Shown here: positions 9,893-20,035 of the stretch, one piece after another | Layout of the letters: each line of letters starts with the position of its first letter | Position numbering within the stretch: position 1 is the stretch's first letter | Virus record (IMG/VR): IMGVR_UViG_3300031999_000034 | Span: 1-50,469 of that record | Strand: one strand, 5' to 3' | DNA length: 50,469 bases | DNA from: a virus | Taxonomy: Duplodnaviria > Caudoviricetes | Translations under genes and position numbers: made by a program | The notes under the pieces: generated by a model | Seen by the model: the letters and a program-made list of their open reading frames with translations, nothing else | Databases searched by the model: none | What the model was told of the DNA's origin: nothing

Positions 9893-12169
9893 CTACTCAC
9901 CTTCTTGCTCTAATCCATTGGGCACGAAATCGATCTCATAACCTTGAAGCACGAAATCTTCGCCGTCGTAGTCATCGTCAGTTTCGATGGAGAATTTGAA
10001 GTACCGACCACGGGAATCCAGTGCGATATCTAGCACACCCATTAGCTGGTCAGTGTGGATGCGTCCGTTATCCGGGTCGCCAAGTCGGAATGAATCACCA
10101 AGGCCCGGGAAGTTGAACGCGTTCTGGGACAACGTCAAGGACTGCTCAAGGTCGTCATCGGCATTCCAGCGGACAGTGATATTCCACTCGCCCTTGGGCA
10201 AGACATATAGGCGCAGAACTTTCCACGTCTTGACCAACTTCGTAAGAGTTGGATCAAGGCTACGCCCGCTGAGGTACGGGGACTCGAACAGCATAGTGTA
10301 CTTGGTGTCCCCATAATCCATCTTGTAACTAAGATCCGTAATCCCCAGCCGTCCATCGCTGCTGCCGTGCAGCATGGTGTTGGTTACTGGATCGGAAACT
10401 TCCACGCAAGCCAGCGCCGTAGTATCCACAACCCATGGGCCATGCCACGCCTGCAGCCCGATGTTACAGCAGTAGATGGCGGACAGATCATTCTGGCCAA
10501 GCACCGGCACGACGAGGTACACCAAGCCCAGAGACGGATTGTACGCGATGATCGACTTCTCAACCTGTCCCTGATCAAGGCGACCCGGTACATTAGGGTC
10601 AGTGCTCCACAAATTGCCAATGGGGGCACTTGGCAGAATCGTCAGAAGATCGCCGTAGTTCTGGGTGGTCTGTACTCCAGCCACGCCCGTGCGCCCAAGT
10701 ATCCAGAGATCGTTGCCTACACGTGTAATGGCCATCGGGCCGGCGCCGTTCTGGGATCTCGATACGTCTTTGCGGTTGTACGTCTCGGGCCCAACACCGC
10801 TGATAGCCCACAATCCGCGAGTAGTCGTTACGAAGCAGAATCCGGAAAAGTCCCCATGCACGCCCGTAACTTCGTCTCCCCGTGACCCCGGGATTTCGTG
10901 GTATCCGGCCTCGGTTACTTCATCGAACGATTCGTCTGGGTCCACGTCCGGCGCAAACCATGTATTGGCTTCGCGGCTGGCAGTGAAGTACACCCGGCGA
11001 GGATGGGCCTTGTCGCCGGCCGCGAGCAGGCGCGTGCCGTGCTCCGAACCAAACCGCACCGGCGGGGCGTCATCCAGAAGTTCCGGGGCGTCCACGCCGT
11101 TCCACTTGTACACCTTCGCGGTGTTGGAATTGTCCCCGTCAAAGAAGATCAGGTCTTGCCGGTACGACGCAAACTGGCACTGTCCGCCTGTCAACGCCAT
11201 GATCGGGCGCCACGCCAGTTTGAGCCCCACGTCCGCGTATACGTACCCAGAAGTAGCCGCCAGCAGACTGCGCCGCGTGCGCTGGGCATTGGAGATGGTC
11301 TTGAAGTCCGACACCGCGTTGATGCGCTGACCCTCGAACGGGGTCGTCACCGAGTCCTTGAACATCAAGTCCGCCAGCCGGCAGGTCCACGTGCCCGTGT
11401 CGTTGGACCACACTAGAGCCATATGTTCACTGGCCGCAAGATCGGAGTGGTGTTCGACGTAGGACGCGAGTACGGGAGTGCCGGTAAGAACTTCGTCTAC
11501 GTAGACTGAGCAGGTGGTTGAGGCGTCGTATCTGAGTTCGATGACGTGGTACTGGCCGTCCCCAATGTCGCTGGCCGCAATGCGCACCCACGCGCTAGAG
11601 TGCCAGCAATAGATCCCATCGTAGTAAAGACGGAACGACTTGGTGTCATCTGCGAGCAGTGCGCGCGCCATGATTGTAAGCGTTCCGCCGTCGTTGGTCC
11701 CACCAGCAGTGTCCGCCGAAGTGTCGCCATCACCGCGCGGCAAGTTCAAAGTCCGCGCCATAAAGCGCAGTGAGAAGTCACTAGAAGTAGGAACCACTTC
11801 TCCACCGGAAACGGAACGCCCAAGATACAGTACGTCGGAATCGTCTGCGTCGTCAACTGACACGATCAACTCGCCCTGTTCCACCCGGTGTACGTAGGTG
11901 CCGGCGTCACCATTGGTAATACTCCACGCGGACTCGGACAGGAATGGTTCGTAGAAGTTGAATGCTTCACCTGTACCATTCGCACGGGGCATCTTGATCG
12001 TCTGTCCCCACTTTCTGATTCCGGGACGTTTGGAAAGTAATCCATCCAAACCTGACGATACGTTTTCAGCGCGCCAAAGTTGGTCTTCTCCAATGGTACT
12101 CTGCTTTCCCGCCGTGGCCAACCCAGAACGCAGCGGCATGTTGTTGATGGTTAGGCGCTTGGGCGGCAT
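9893..12169 (-). CDS. Tail nozzle / tubular protein B (P22 gp10-like) with an inserted lectin-like domain
   Basis: N-terminal AENV..GLLSKRPG, beta-propeller-like repeats, C-terminal RGRYFKFSI; follows the adaptor. Confidence 0.75.
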   Translation of the reverse strand: MPPKRLTINNMPLRSGLATAGKQSTIGEDQLWRAENVSSGLDGLLSKRPGIRKWGQTIKMPRANGTGEAFNFYEPFLSESAWSITNGDAGTYVHRVEQGELIVSVDDADDSDVLYLGRSVSGGEVVPTSSDFSLRFMARTLNLPRGDGDTSADTAGGTNDGGTLTIMARALLADDTKSFRLYYDGIYCWHSSAWVRIAASDIGDGQYHVIELRYDASTTCSVYVDEVLTGTPVLASYVEHHSDLAASEHMALVWSNDTGTWTCRLADLMFKDSVTTPFEGQRINAVSDFKTISNAQRTRRSLLAATSGYVYADVGLKLAWRPIMALTGGQCQFASYRQDLIFFDGDNSNTAKVYKWNGVDAPELLDDAPPVRFGSEHGTRLLAAGDKAHPRRVYFTASREANTWFAPDVDPDESFDEVTEAGYHEIPGSRGDEVTGVHGDFSGFCFVTTTRGLWAISGVGPETYNRKDVSRSQNGAGPMAITRVGNDLWILGRTGVAGVQTTQNYGDLLTILPSAPIGNLWSTDPNVPGRLDQGQVEKSIIAYNPSLGLVYLVVPVLGQNDLSAIYCCNIGLQAWHGPWVVDTTALACVEVSDPVTNTMLHGSSDGRLGITDLSYKMDYGDTKYTMLFESPYLSGRSLDPTLTKLVKTWKVLRLYVLPKGEWNITVRWNADDDLEQSLTLSQNAFNFPGLGDSFRLGDPDNGRIHTDQLMGVLDIALDSRGRYFKFSIETDDDYDGEDFVLQGYEIDFVPNGLEQEGE

Positions 12170-12176
12170 GGGGCTC

Positions 12177-13199
12177 CTATCGGTCTAGTCCGTAAGCGTC
12201 AATGCGGTCGAAGTAGGCGCCGTAATCCGTGCGCACGCCGCCCATCCCCCAACGACGGTGCTGGGCAACTCGGTGGTTTCCGGACGGCCGCAACTGGAAC
12301 TGATCCTCGGTCATGGGCGACATGGTGCGGGCCATGTTGGTTTCGCGTACGTAGTCGCGCAGTACGGCCTCGAGTTTGGAGTCGTCCTGATAGTCACGAT
12401 TGGCAAGGTACAGCAGAGCTTCGAGTACCGCGCCCTCGTGGGAGGCTGGGAATAGAATGCGGTCGGCGTCGGTCTCGATCTCGGGATGGATCTTCTGGTA
12501 CGTGAACTGCAGGATCTGCTGTTCGAGCGGGAAGGGGTCCAAGTGCAGCACTTGGTACACCTGTCCGGGATCCATGCCGAAGACCGTGAAGACCTCCGGC
12601 GCCTGCAGCATGATGGAGTTGCCGCGCCCCCTGCGCTTTGTGCCGAAGGCGTCTGGACCAATGGGGGTGATGCCATAGGGCTCCAGAAACTGATCCCAGC
12701 GTCCGTTGGGCCGGCAGTAGTCCTTGGGCAGGAAGTACTGATCCTGCGCGATGGTGTAGGCCAGCGATTCTCCGACTGCCCCGCCAGTAGACGACGTTCC
12801 AATCCACGGGCGGTTTAACTCCACGGAAGTTGTACTGTTCAGTGACTGGATACGGTAGACTGTAGCTTCGCTTCCAATTCTAATTGCACGGCCGATGTAA
12901 CTGTCATCGAATCGCAGCGCCGAAGGAGTTGCCAGTTCTCCGGTACCAACTACCGCTGTGGCGTCGCCATTGACGAGCACAAAGTAATCTGTGCCCTCGG
13001 CGGCTGGCACTGTAAGAATGGTGCCCTCGGCGCGCAGCATAGGCCAGTCATCCACAGCCTGTAGGGACTTGAGTACGCGGTTCAGAAGCCGTAGCAGCTT
13101 GCGACCTTCTGGGCGCAGAACTGCATCTTCGAGAGTTGACGTTTGGCGCCAACCCATTCTATCTTCTGCCTCGTTAATGAGTTTGAGCCCAGTGATCAT
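12177..13199 (-). CDS. Head-tail adaptor / tubular protein A
   Basis: Start MITGLKLINEA overlapping the upstream stop; QDQYFLPKD, LHLDPFP, helical C-terminus. Confidence 0.7.
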   Translation of the reverse strand: MITGLKLINEAEDRMGWRQTSTLEDAVLRPEGRKLLRLLNRVLKSLQAVDDWPMLRAEGTILTVPAAEGTDYFVLVNGDATAVVGTGELATPSALRFDDSYIGRAIRIGSEATVYRIQSLNSTTSVELNRPWIGTSSTGGAVGESLAYTIAQDQYFLPKDYCRPNGRWDQFLEPYGITPIGPDAFGTKRRGRGNSIMLQAPEVFTVFGMDPGQVYQVLHLDPFPLEQQILQFTYQKIHPEIETDADRILFPASHEGAVLEALLYLANRDYQDDSKLEAVLRDYVRETNMARTMSPMTEDQFQLRPSGNHRVAQHRRWGMGGVRTDYGAYFDRIDAYGLDR

Positions 13200-13636
13200 T
13201 ACGCGTCCCTTGAGGCCACTAATTGCAGTGTGAAGGTGGTAGCCCCAGTTGAGGCGGATGCATTGAATGTCACGAGTGCCCCAAATGGCAAGAGAATAGG
13301 TAGTCTCTTGTACAACGCGGCGTACGCGTTGACTTCTAGCACATACGCTGCCGTACCCGATGAAATAGTCCAAGTAACATCGGAAGTAGCAGACGAAAGT
13401 TGGCGTAGCGGAAAAATTGCTCCAACCTTGGTTTGGGCAGCGTCTAGATACGGCTGTATTTGAACTAGAGCTACTCCTGTAGCTAGATCCACAGTATTGC
13501 ACAGCAACTGCAGATAGTAACAACCCAGCGGCACGTCCACTTTATACGTGGTAACGCCTGCGGCCCACGCCGACATAACCGAAAATACGGTAGTTTCCGG
13601 TCTCTGTATTGTGTAGTCTTTTCTACTCGAAGACAC
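13199..13636 (-). CDS. Small beta-rich virion protein, paralog family member 3
   Basis: Shares AAG.T..K.D...G.Y.L, D/N.AQT and PILLPFG motifs with 13919-14311 and 14292-14771. Confidence 0.6.
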   Translation of the reverse strand: MSSSRKDYTIQRPETTVFSVMSAWAAGVTTYKVDVPLGCYYLQLLCNTVDLATGVALVQIQPYLDAAQTKVGAIFPLRQLSSATSDVTWTISSGTAAYVLEVNAYAALYKRLPILLPFGALVTFNASASTGATTFTLQLVASRDA

Positions 13637-13916
13637 GGATACCTCCGGGGGTTAGCACAAAACTGCTGGTATCTGGTAGCATTTTGACCAACTGGTCCAT
13701 TCGACGTTGGATATATATGCTCTTAATGAACAACCCGCTATCATCCATACGAATATACAGCCCGGGGAACGCAGTTGATTTGTACCCGTCAGGTACGGCC
13801 TCATTTGTAAATCCGTAGGTCACTACGCCCGGATCTACTTTAACATCGTCCCCAAAATCCAGTATGAAATAGATGTCACGCTGGCGAACACTCACTGCGG
13901 TGGTAAGATCCGCCAT
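13623..13916 (-). CDS. Hypothetical protein (97 aa)
   Basis: Tightly coupled ORF in the operon. Confidence 0.6.
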   Translation of the reverse strand: MADLTTAVSVRQRDIYFILDFGDDVKVDPGVVTYGFTNEAVPDGYKSTAFPGLYIRMDDSGLFIKSIYIQRRMDQLVKMLPDTSSFVLTPGGIRVFE

Positions 13917-13918
13917 GT

Positions 13919-14311
13919 CTACCGCCTCCGGCAGACTACAAATCCGGCTGCCGTAACGGATCCGGAATACCTAATCTGGATGCCATAGGGTACTAGAACT
14001 GGAATGTAATTGGAAGTCCGAGGAACAATGTACACGCACAAAGGCGTAGTAGTTACTACGGCCTGCAATCCCACTATGCCAGCTTCCGTAGCCGCGCTAG
14101 GCAGCATCATCCACATGGCATTGTACGCCGTTTGGGCCTCATTGACAAACATGTCCGCATACATGTTCACGTTTGAACTGGTGGAGGTGTGAATGACCAT
14201 GAGATCATAGGCACCCGGAGTTAGGTCTATTTTGGCCGTTGTACCAGCAGCGACCGAGAATGGTATGATCTGAACTTCGCCTCTAGCCATGCTACCCACG
14301 GGAACAGCCAT
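13919..14311 (-). CDS. Small beta-rich virion protein, paralog family member 2
   Basis: FVNEAQT and PVLVPYG motifs. Confidence 0.6.
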   Translation of the reverse strand: MAVPVGSMARGEVQIIPFSVAAGTTAKIDLTPGAYDLMVIHTSTSSNVNMYADMFVNEAQTAYNAMWMMLPSAATEAGIVGLQAVVTTTPLCVYIVPRTSNYIPVLVPYGIQIRYSGSVTAAGFVVCRRR

Positions 14312-14771
14312 GATCGCCCTCCGTCAAAAAGAGATCTACGTCCACCGTTCCTTCAGTAGCGCCAGCTTCGTTGGTCTCAACCCTAAATCCGTATGGTGCC
14401 AACACTGGTGTACACGCGAACGACGCGGTTCTGGGAGCAGAAGGCGTACACGCCAAAGTCAGGGTAACCGCTCCTACCTCCACATACCTAAGTTCGATTG
14501 GGTGGTAGAGGGTGCGCTCGGGGTTGGTGTACACTGATACTGTAATAGCCACATTGTCGTCAGCACCGGTTAATTGAGCGGTTACACCCCCGTAGAACGC
14601 TCCGCTATGGTTGGAACTATTAGCATGACTTTCGCCAGCTGACACGGAGTTTAGAATTCTAATCCCAGTATTGAAGCCGAACACAGTCATGGGTAGTCCC
14701 GCCGTTGTGAATGATGGAAAATCTACTTGAAACTCAATTTCTGTTATTCGAAATCCGGGTAGTCCTGCCAC
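14292..14771 (-). CDS. Small beta-rich virion protein, paralog family member 1
   Basis: YTNPERT and PVLAPYG motifs. Confidence 0.55.
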   Translation of the reverse strand: MAGLPGFRITEIEFQVDFPSFTTAGLPMTVFGFNTGIRILNSVSAGESHANSSNHSGAFYGGVTAQLTGADDNVAITVSVYTNPERTLYHPIELRYVEVGAVTLTLACTPSAPRTASFACTPVLAPYGFRVETNEAGATEGTVDVDLFLTEGDHGCSRG

Positions 14772-14787
14772 GTATCTACCCTTCTAA

Positions 14788-15225
14788 CTAGAGATAGCCG
14801 TCCCCATTATAAAATCCCACCCTAATGTGGTAGTCAGATAATGGATTTGATCCAATTATGCTTTGAACATTGATGCGGCGCCATGAAGTAGGCCAGTTGT
14901 CGATACCGTATTGGCCCTCTACCAAAACAGTAATCCAAGTCGCGTCTACTACCCGCTTGATTTGTATTACTACAAATTCAGTTCTATTTATGGAAGTTGG
15001 ATTCAACCATTTTCCCACAATGGCTATGTACGTAGCAGCCCTATCAAGAACTGGAACAGTTCCATCACCAAATCCTTCGAATCGTACCCACGCGTAATCA
15101 GGGTATGGTTCTCCGGGAGTAACACTGCAGTACGAGGCCAAAAGGTCGTCGTACGCCTTAGTGGCGAATGCTATGGTATGGTGTTCTGCTGTGGATGAAG
15201 TTGGATTTACTCCTTGGGTGGCCAT
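14788..15225 (-). CDS. Hypothetical protein (145 aa), visibly AT-richer than the genome
   Basis: ORF coupled to the upstream stop. Confidence 0.6.
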   Translation of the reverse strand: MATQGVNPTSSTAEHHTIAFATKAYDDLLASYCSVTPGEPYPDYAWVRFEGFGDGTVPVLDRAATYIAIVGKWLNPTSINRTEFVVIQIKRVVDATWITVLVEGQYGIDNWPTSWRRINVQSIIGSNPLSDYHIRVGFYNGDGYL

Positions 15226-17153
15226 CAGTCCACCATCGCCAATAGTACGGTTGCCATTGTTGTTGCACTATTATTGCGGATATACAACCTAGTGACATCA
15301 GACCGCGTTAGCGCCACTAGGTCAGAAACTGGCCAGTATGTCGACGTTTCATCGACTGCCACGTCAATGGGAGCACTTGTTTCCAAAAACAGCACGCGAG
15401 CAGACTGGATCCCGCCCAAGTTTACTAGTTGCGTGGTGCTGGTGCCTAGAGTAATGACCCGGTGCATCGCTTCCCGCCAACGGCGCGAGTCCGCATAACT
15501 ACGAGAGTCGTGGTGCGTTACTCTATTGCGCTTGGTCTGCACCGAGAGTACAACATTGCACTGCAGGTCTGGTTCAAACCACGGCAGCACGTCTACGTAA
15601 GCCGGATCCGCCACAGGGTCATCCGGATCTTCAGCGCCGGACACCACTTCTGGGGCCGTGATCACGATGGAAACCGTGGTTACTGCTGAGTACAGTTCTC
15701 CATCAAATGCCCGGAATGTAAACGTATCTGTGCCTACAAAATAACTGCCGGCAGTATAGGTGAAGGTGCCGACAGAATCCAGCACCAAGGTGCCATGCGA
15801 CACGTCGCTGGACCGCACTGCCGTCAGCGGGCCCGGAAGACTGTCGGAATCTGTCATGGTCACAGCGCTGGAAATGGTGGCTCCGGCTACGCACGCGTGC
15901 GAACTGGCAGCCGCAGTCGGAGCCACGTCATACGAATCCACCGTAGCGCCCGGCACCGAGCCGGCCAGACCGGCTGTGCGGTACAGGTACACGGGGCGGA
16001 AGTCGCCGGGCAGTGTGATCGTGTAGCCGCCGTCGGCCAGAGGCTCGGCCCAGATCCGCGGGGTTGTGGGAGCGTAGAACAGGTCACTATGGTTGATGGT
16101 GCCGGAGTGCAGCACCACGTCGCCTACGCCGGGGTCGCTGGTGGTCTCGATGAAACCATAGTACCAGCCGGCTGCCGGAGCCGAGAATGTTCCCTCGTAC
16201 TTGAAGATGTTGGACCCAATGGCACGATTGGTAATCGTGGACGCGGCACCCGCTGCATAGAATGGTGCTTGTATGGCCGGAGTTGCGGCTGAGTTTGTCC
16301 AGTATGCCAAGATATTCGAGTGCATGTTGCACGTCGTTGCATACAGACCAGTAAACGATCCAGATGACCAGAATGGAGACACTTTGTCGTATGTTGACCC
16401 GGGCGCCTTCTTAACGTACGTGTTGTGGTGTACCTGTTTGGTAATGCCGGCGTTAGCCTGTGATCCAAAAAGTGTCAACTTACCGGTTGTTGTGATCGGA
16501 GTTACGCCAAATTCATCGTAGAATACGCAATGATGCACACTAATGCTGCCATTGGTGGCCGCCGTCGGAGCCGTACAACTAACAGCCCGCAGATTGTTCT
16601 TGAAATAGCAGTACTCAACGTTCCCAACGTCTAACACGCCCGGCGTGGAACCAAACGAACACTGCAGCAGGTTTCTCGCTTCTGCAGATACGCGCGTGGC
16701 GCCCGCATTCACAGAACACCAACGAATCAGCAGCGGGCCGCTAGTACTCGCGTACGAAGTCTCGTATATGTACGCGTGCGCACTGGTATGCGCTTCTGCA
16801 GCAATAGCATCGAAATATAGGCCCTGTACGATGGTGTACGAAAATCGGTTCGCTAAGGTGATGAACGCGGCACTGGTCGCACCAGTTGCGATGGTAGCCA
16901 AGGCAGGAGTACCAAGTTCATCAGTACCCTGAATCTTGAATCCAAATGCCGACCAACTGGTACCGGTGACGGCGGGTAGGATCGTAGACGTGGTTGGGCA
17001 CGCGTGTGGTGTGGCACTAGCCACGATATTGAGGATATCGCCTTGGTTGGCAAGTTTACCAAGTCCAACTACTAGTGTAGCCAAACCAGTGGCATACGCC
17101 AATCCGTCATTGCCGTCGTCCCCACCAGTCGACCGAACCCAGTATGTCGCCAC
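15225..17153 (-). CDS. Virion adhesin/depolymerase: beta-helix, Ig-like (Big_9/VCBS) domain and a C-terminal domain shared with 24380-24760
   Basis: TYWVRSTGGDDGNDG pectate-lyase-like start; HGTLVLDSVGTFTYT..FVGTDTFTFRAFDG Ig repeat motif. Confidence 0.75.
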   Translation of the reverse strand: MATYWVRSTGGDDGNDGLAYATGLATLVVGLGKLANQGDILNIVASATPHACPTTSTILPAVTGTSWSAFGFKIQGTDELGTPALATIATGATSAAFITLANRFSYTIVQGLYFDAIAAEAHTSAHAYIYETSYASTSGPLLIRWCSVNAGATRVSAEARNLLQCSFGSTPGVLDVGNVEYCYFKNNLRAVSCTAPTAATNGSISVHHCVFYDEFGVTPITTTGKLTLFGSQANAGITKQVHHNTYVKKAPGSTYDKVSPFWSSGSFTGLYATTCNMHSNILAYWTNSAATPAIQAPFYAAGAASTITNRAIGSNIFKYEGTFSAPAAGWYYGFIETTSDPGVGDVVLHSGTINHSDLFYAPTTPRIWAEPLADGGYTITLPGDFRPVYLYRTAGLAGSVPGATVDSYDVAPTAAASSHACVAGATISSAVTMTDSDSLPGPLTAVRSSDVSHGTLVLDSVGTFTYTAGSYFVGTDTFTFRAFDGELYSAVTTVSIVITAPEVVSGAEDPDDPVADPAYVDVLPWFEPDLQCNVVLSVQTKRNRVTHHDSRSYADSRRWREAMHRVITLGTSTTQLVNLGGIQSARVLFLETSAPIDVAVDETSTYWPVSDLVALTRSDVTRLYIRNNSATTMATVLLAMVD

Positions 17154-17155
17154 AC

Positions 17156-18028
17156 TTACTCCTTGGGCGCCGCATTCCGGATGCTAAAGCCCGGGGCATC
17201 GGCTGGTACTTCGAAGACCTGATTCGTGTCTACGTCATAGTGGCCGCACAGGACTTGTCCGTGCGCATAGACGGGCCAACCCAACTCCGTCAGCAAAACG
17301 CAGAATCTGATGTCGTGTCCCCACATGACCAGCGGTTTGCTGGCATCCGTATCGACTGCTGGAATGTCCCGCTGGTCGGCCCAAATAGGCTGGCCGGGGT
17401 TGGCATCCATCCATGCCTTGATGGCCTCGACGCGCGCCAAAAGGCAGCCGGCGCCTCCACCCATGATCTGCGTAGGTCGCGCACCCGGACCCATCTCGAT
17501 GTCCCACGCGGCGCCTTCGCCGTGGTTCTTGTACAGGAGAGGTTCGCACGGGGCTTCGCGCGTTGTGTAGATTCCAGTTACCGCGCCAACTTCCGGATGC
17601 TGTTCCATGAAGTTGTGGAGCGTGTACAGTCCCAGTCGCGGAATGATCGTATCGTCATCGACGTAGAAGATGTACTTCGCGTCCGCTCGAATGGCTTCCA
17701 TCGTCATGATCTGGCGCGCTGCCGCCGACCGCAGTCCGGTCTTGATGGCGTAGGACATGGCGACGTTGAGGGGCGGAACCCAGTTCATGTGCGACAGGAA
17801 GAAGATTGCCGGCACGCTGGCCGGCACCACAAAACCCGTATCCACCTTGTAGGACTTTTCGCACCCCGGGCACTGCAGCACACTGTCATGCGCTTTTCCG
17901 CCGATTGGAATAGCCACCATGATCTGGGGTTTCGATGCCAACTTAATGGACGACCTGCGCCCAATTACATAATCGGGTTGTCCATCCAACACCATGTCAC
18001 TATCGGTGATGTGAATGCTATCGCCCAT
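17156..18028 (-). CDS. Glycosyltransferase family 2 (GT-A fold) in the capsid module
   Basis: IMVAIP, AARQ, YIFYVDDD (DxD), GAGCLL, GHDIRFC, CGH. Confidence 0.85.
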   Translation of the reverse strand: MGDSIHITDSDMVLDGQPDYVIGRRSSIKLASKPQIMVAIPIGGKAHDSVLQCPGCEKSYKVDTGFVVPASVPAIFFLSHMNWVPPLNVAMSYAIKTGLRSAAARQIMTMEAIRADAKYIFYVDDDTIIPRLGLYTLHNFMEQHPEVGAVTGIYTTREAPCEPLLYKNHGEGAAWDIEMGPGARPTQIMGGGAGCLLARVEAIKAWMDANPGQPIWADQRDIPAVDTDASKPLVMWGHDIRFCVLLTELGWPVYAHGQVLCGHYDVDTNQVFEVPADAPGFSIRNAAPKE

Positions 18029-18044
18029 TGGATTCTCCTAATGT

Positions 18045-18083
18045 AAACAAGGGGCAGACTCACCTGCTGGAATCTGCCCCTTG
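18045..18083 (-). terminator. Rho-independent terminator after the capsid genes
   Basis: Inverted repeat CAAGGGGCAGA/TCTGCCCCTTG followed by TTT on the minus strand. Confidence 0.65.
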
Positions 18084-18094
18084 CGTTCTGGAAC

Positions 18095-18490
18095 TTACCT
18101 GTTGCTATCGGCCGACGTAAACCGCCCGCCGACATTCACGCGAACCTTGGTAGCCAGCGTAGCTCCGGCTGCCGTAATGGCTGTAGCCGTGAGTTTGCTG
18201 GCCGCAGCGGCGGTTCCGGGGGCGATGACAGTCAACGCGCCCTTATCCACGGCCACCGCCACATTGGCCACGTACTTCTGCAAGTCCGTGGAACTGCCAA
18301 CCGAAATCGTGGTGTCACCGGCACCACTGACGGAAGCGCAGTACTCCGTTACGTGATCAATCTGGAACCCAACTCCGGCGGGCAACTTATACGTGGAAGT
18401 AAGAGTCGACCCACTGGCGCAGGTATTGAACACAAACGGAATCACAGTGTACGCGCCGTACACGGGACTCGTAAATCTGGTCTGCGCCAT
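18095..18490 (-). CDS. Capsid decoration/minor capsid protein
   Basis: MAQTRFTSPV start, Ala/Thr-rich, directly after the major capsid gene. Confidence 0.65.
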   Translation of the reverse strand: MAQTRFTSPVYGAYTVIPFVFNTCASGSTLTSTYKLPAGVGFQIDHVTEYCASVSGAGDTTISVGSSTDLQKYVANVAVAVDKGALTVIAPGTAAAASKLTATAITAAGATLATKVRVNVGGRFTSADSNR

Positions 18491-18492
18491 AA

Positions 18493-19404
18493 TTACGCCC
18501 CCAGTCCGCCGACCACATTCCGCCAGTCCGCAGCACCCGCCGACAGCCGGTAGGTCATCTTGGACTTCAGATTGCCAGTCTCGAAATCGATGGTATGATC
18601 CGTGGCCGGCTGCATGCGCCAGTACGCCAGCACACGATGCTGGGCGGGCGGCGACATGACGAACCACGAGTCGTCATCGGTGAGGTACTTCGACATCACG
18701 ATCTGGATCCCAAGGGGCGCCAGAGCGTTGGTCGCATTCTCGGCGGTGTTCGACCGGAGTTCCGACTTGAGAATCTCGTGCGCCAGCCACCGAAGCTGGA
18801 CAGGAATCACGAGAACAGCCGGGTTGCCCTCGATGGGCATGGACCGGTCATCCACCATGGTATCGAACAGATTGATCGCAGTCTCGAGGTTGGCAATCGA
18901 GAGGTCGCCGGACACGAGATTGCTGGCCGTGCCGCCCCCAACCAGCACATGGCTGGCCGAGAACAGGTACGCGGCATCGGGCGTGGTCGTGGTGGCAAAC
19001 CCACCATTAATCACAGACCAGATGTACCGCTCGATGGACACATGCGCAGCACGCGCCAACGGGGGCCCCGCGTTAGTAATCGCGCCGTCGATGTCGTCAT
19101 CAGCGGCCTCGAAACTGATCTGGAAGCCCTTGGAGTACGTGACGTGCGTGAACCGCTTGTCGAAGCCCTGCAGCAGGGTATCGTAGAGGATCCCGCCGGC
19201 CTCCGTCTTGGTGGCGAACTCGCCAAAGCCGGTGATGCCAGTGACCTCTTCGTACGCACGGCTGGAGTTACGAACATTGAACACCGAGGGGTACGAAAGC
19301 CCCGGGGCGTTGAAGTTCTCGGACATGATCTCGTCAAGGAAGGCCAGACGCGACTGAAACAAGTCCGCAAATCTGGCACGCAGCATGATGGCACCAGCAC
19401 TCAT
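18493..19404 (-). CDS. Major capsid protein (HK97 fold, Mu gpT-like family)
   Basis: SSRAYEE...GFG..KTEAGGILYD, PAVLVIPVQL, YLTDDDSWF, DFETGNLK...WRNVVG. Confidence 0.9.
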   Translation of the reverse strand: MSAGAIMLRARFADLFQSRLAFLDEIMSENFNAPGLSYPSVFNVRNSSRAYEEVTGITGFGEFATKTEAGGILYDTLLQGFDKRFTHVTYSKGFQISFEAADDDIDGAITNAGPPLARAAHVSIERYIWSVINGGFATTTTPDAAYLFSASHVLVGGGTASNLVSGDLSIANLETAINLFDTMVDDRSMPIEGNPAVLVIPVQLRWLAHEILKSELRSNTAENATNALAPLGIQIVMSKYLTDDDSWFVMSPPAQHRVLAYWRMQPATDHTIDFETGNLKSKMTYRLSAGAADWRNVVGGLGA

Positions 19405-19441
19405 GACCAGTACCTACCTTTCAGGCTGTTAAGCCAGATTA

Positions 19442-20026
19442 TTAGACAGTCAGACTGCCGGAAGTGGTTTCGATGTGGGTCATCCTGCCAAACTTGACCA
19501 TGTACTTCGCATACAGGCCAGTAACGTCATTGGAGACAGATGGATACACGCCAACAAGCTGGAGGATCGCGGCAGATTCCGTCGTCTTCTGCACAGGAAC
19601 ATTCGCCGCGCTACTGTCCAGCATAAGGCCGGACTGGCCGGTATACGCACTACCTGCAGCATATGCTGCGGGAGTCACATACTGACCAATAGCAGCCAGA
19701 ATTTCAGTGTCGTTATCGTACAGTACCGTACCAACACTATCACCCTGCAGCAAAAACACTTGATCTGGGTCATCATAGACCAGAATATTGCGCTTGGCCG
19801 TGGAAGCTGGGGAGTGATGAGCAGCTACGCCTCTGATGCTGTGTACCAAAATGGTACTATTCAGCACAGACATGACCGTCACTCCGGTTTCCGTACGAGC
19901 GACAATATCGCCCTCGTAAATAACGACGGCGTTAGCCGGCACCACGTACTCGCCAACTCGCGGCGAATTACCATTCGGCGCGTTAAGCGGCCGAAGCCCC
20001 ATGGGGGCATTCACGTTGTTAGCCAT
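19442..20026 (-). CDS. Capsid cement/decoration protein
   Basis: MANNVNAPMGLRP...IYEGDIV...VYDDPDQVF, a family usually found upstream of this capsid type. Confidence 0.7.
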   Translation of the reverse strand: MANNVNAPMGLRPLNAPNGNSPRVGEYVVPANAVVIYEGDIVARTETGVTVMSVLNSTILVHSIRGVAAHHSPASTAKRNILVYDDPDQVFLLQGDSVGTVLYDNDTEILAAIGQYVTPAAYAAGSAYTGQSGLMLDSSAANVPVQKTTESAAILQLVGVYPSVSNDVTGLYAKYMVKFGRMTHIETTSGSLTV

Positions 20027-20035
20027 GAAAACTTC

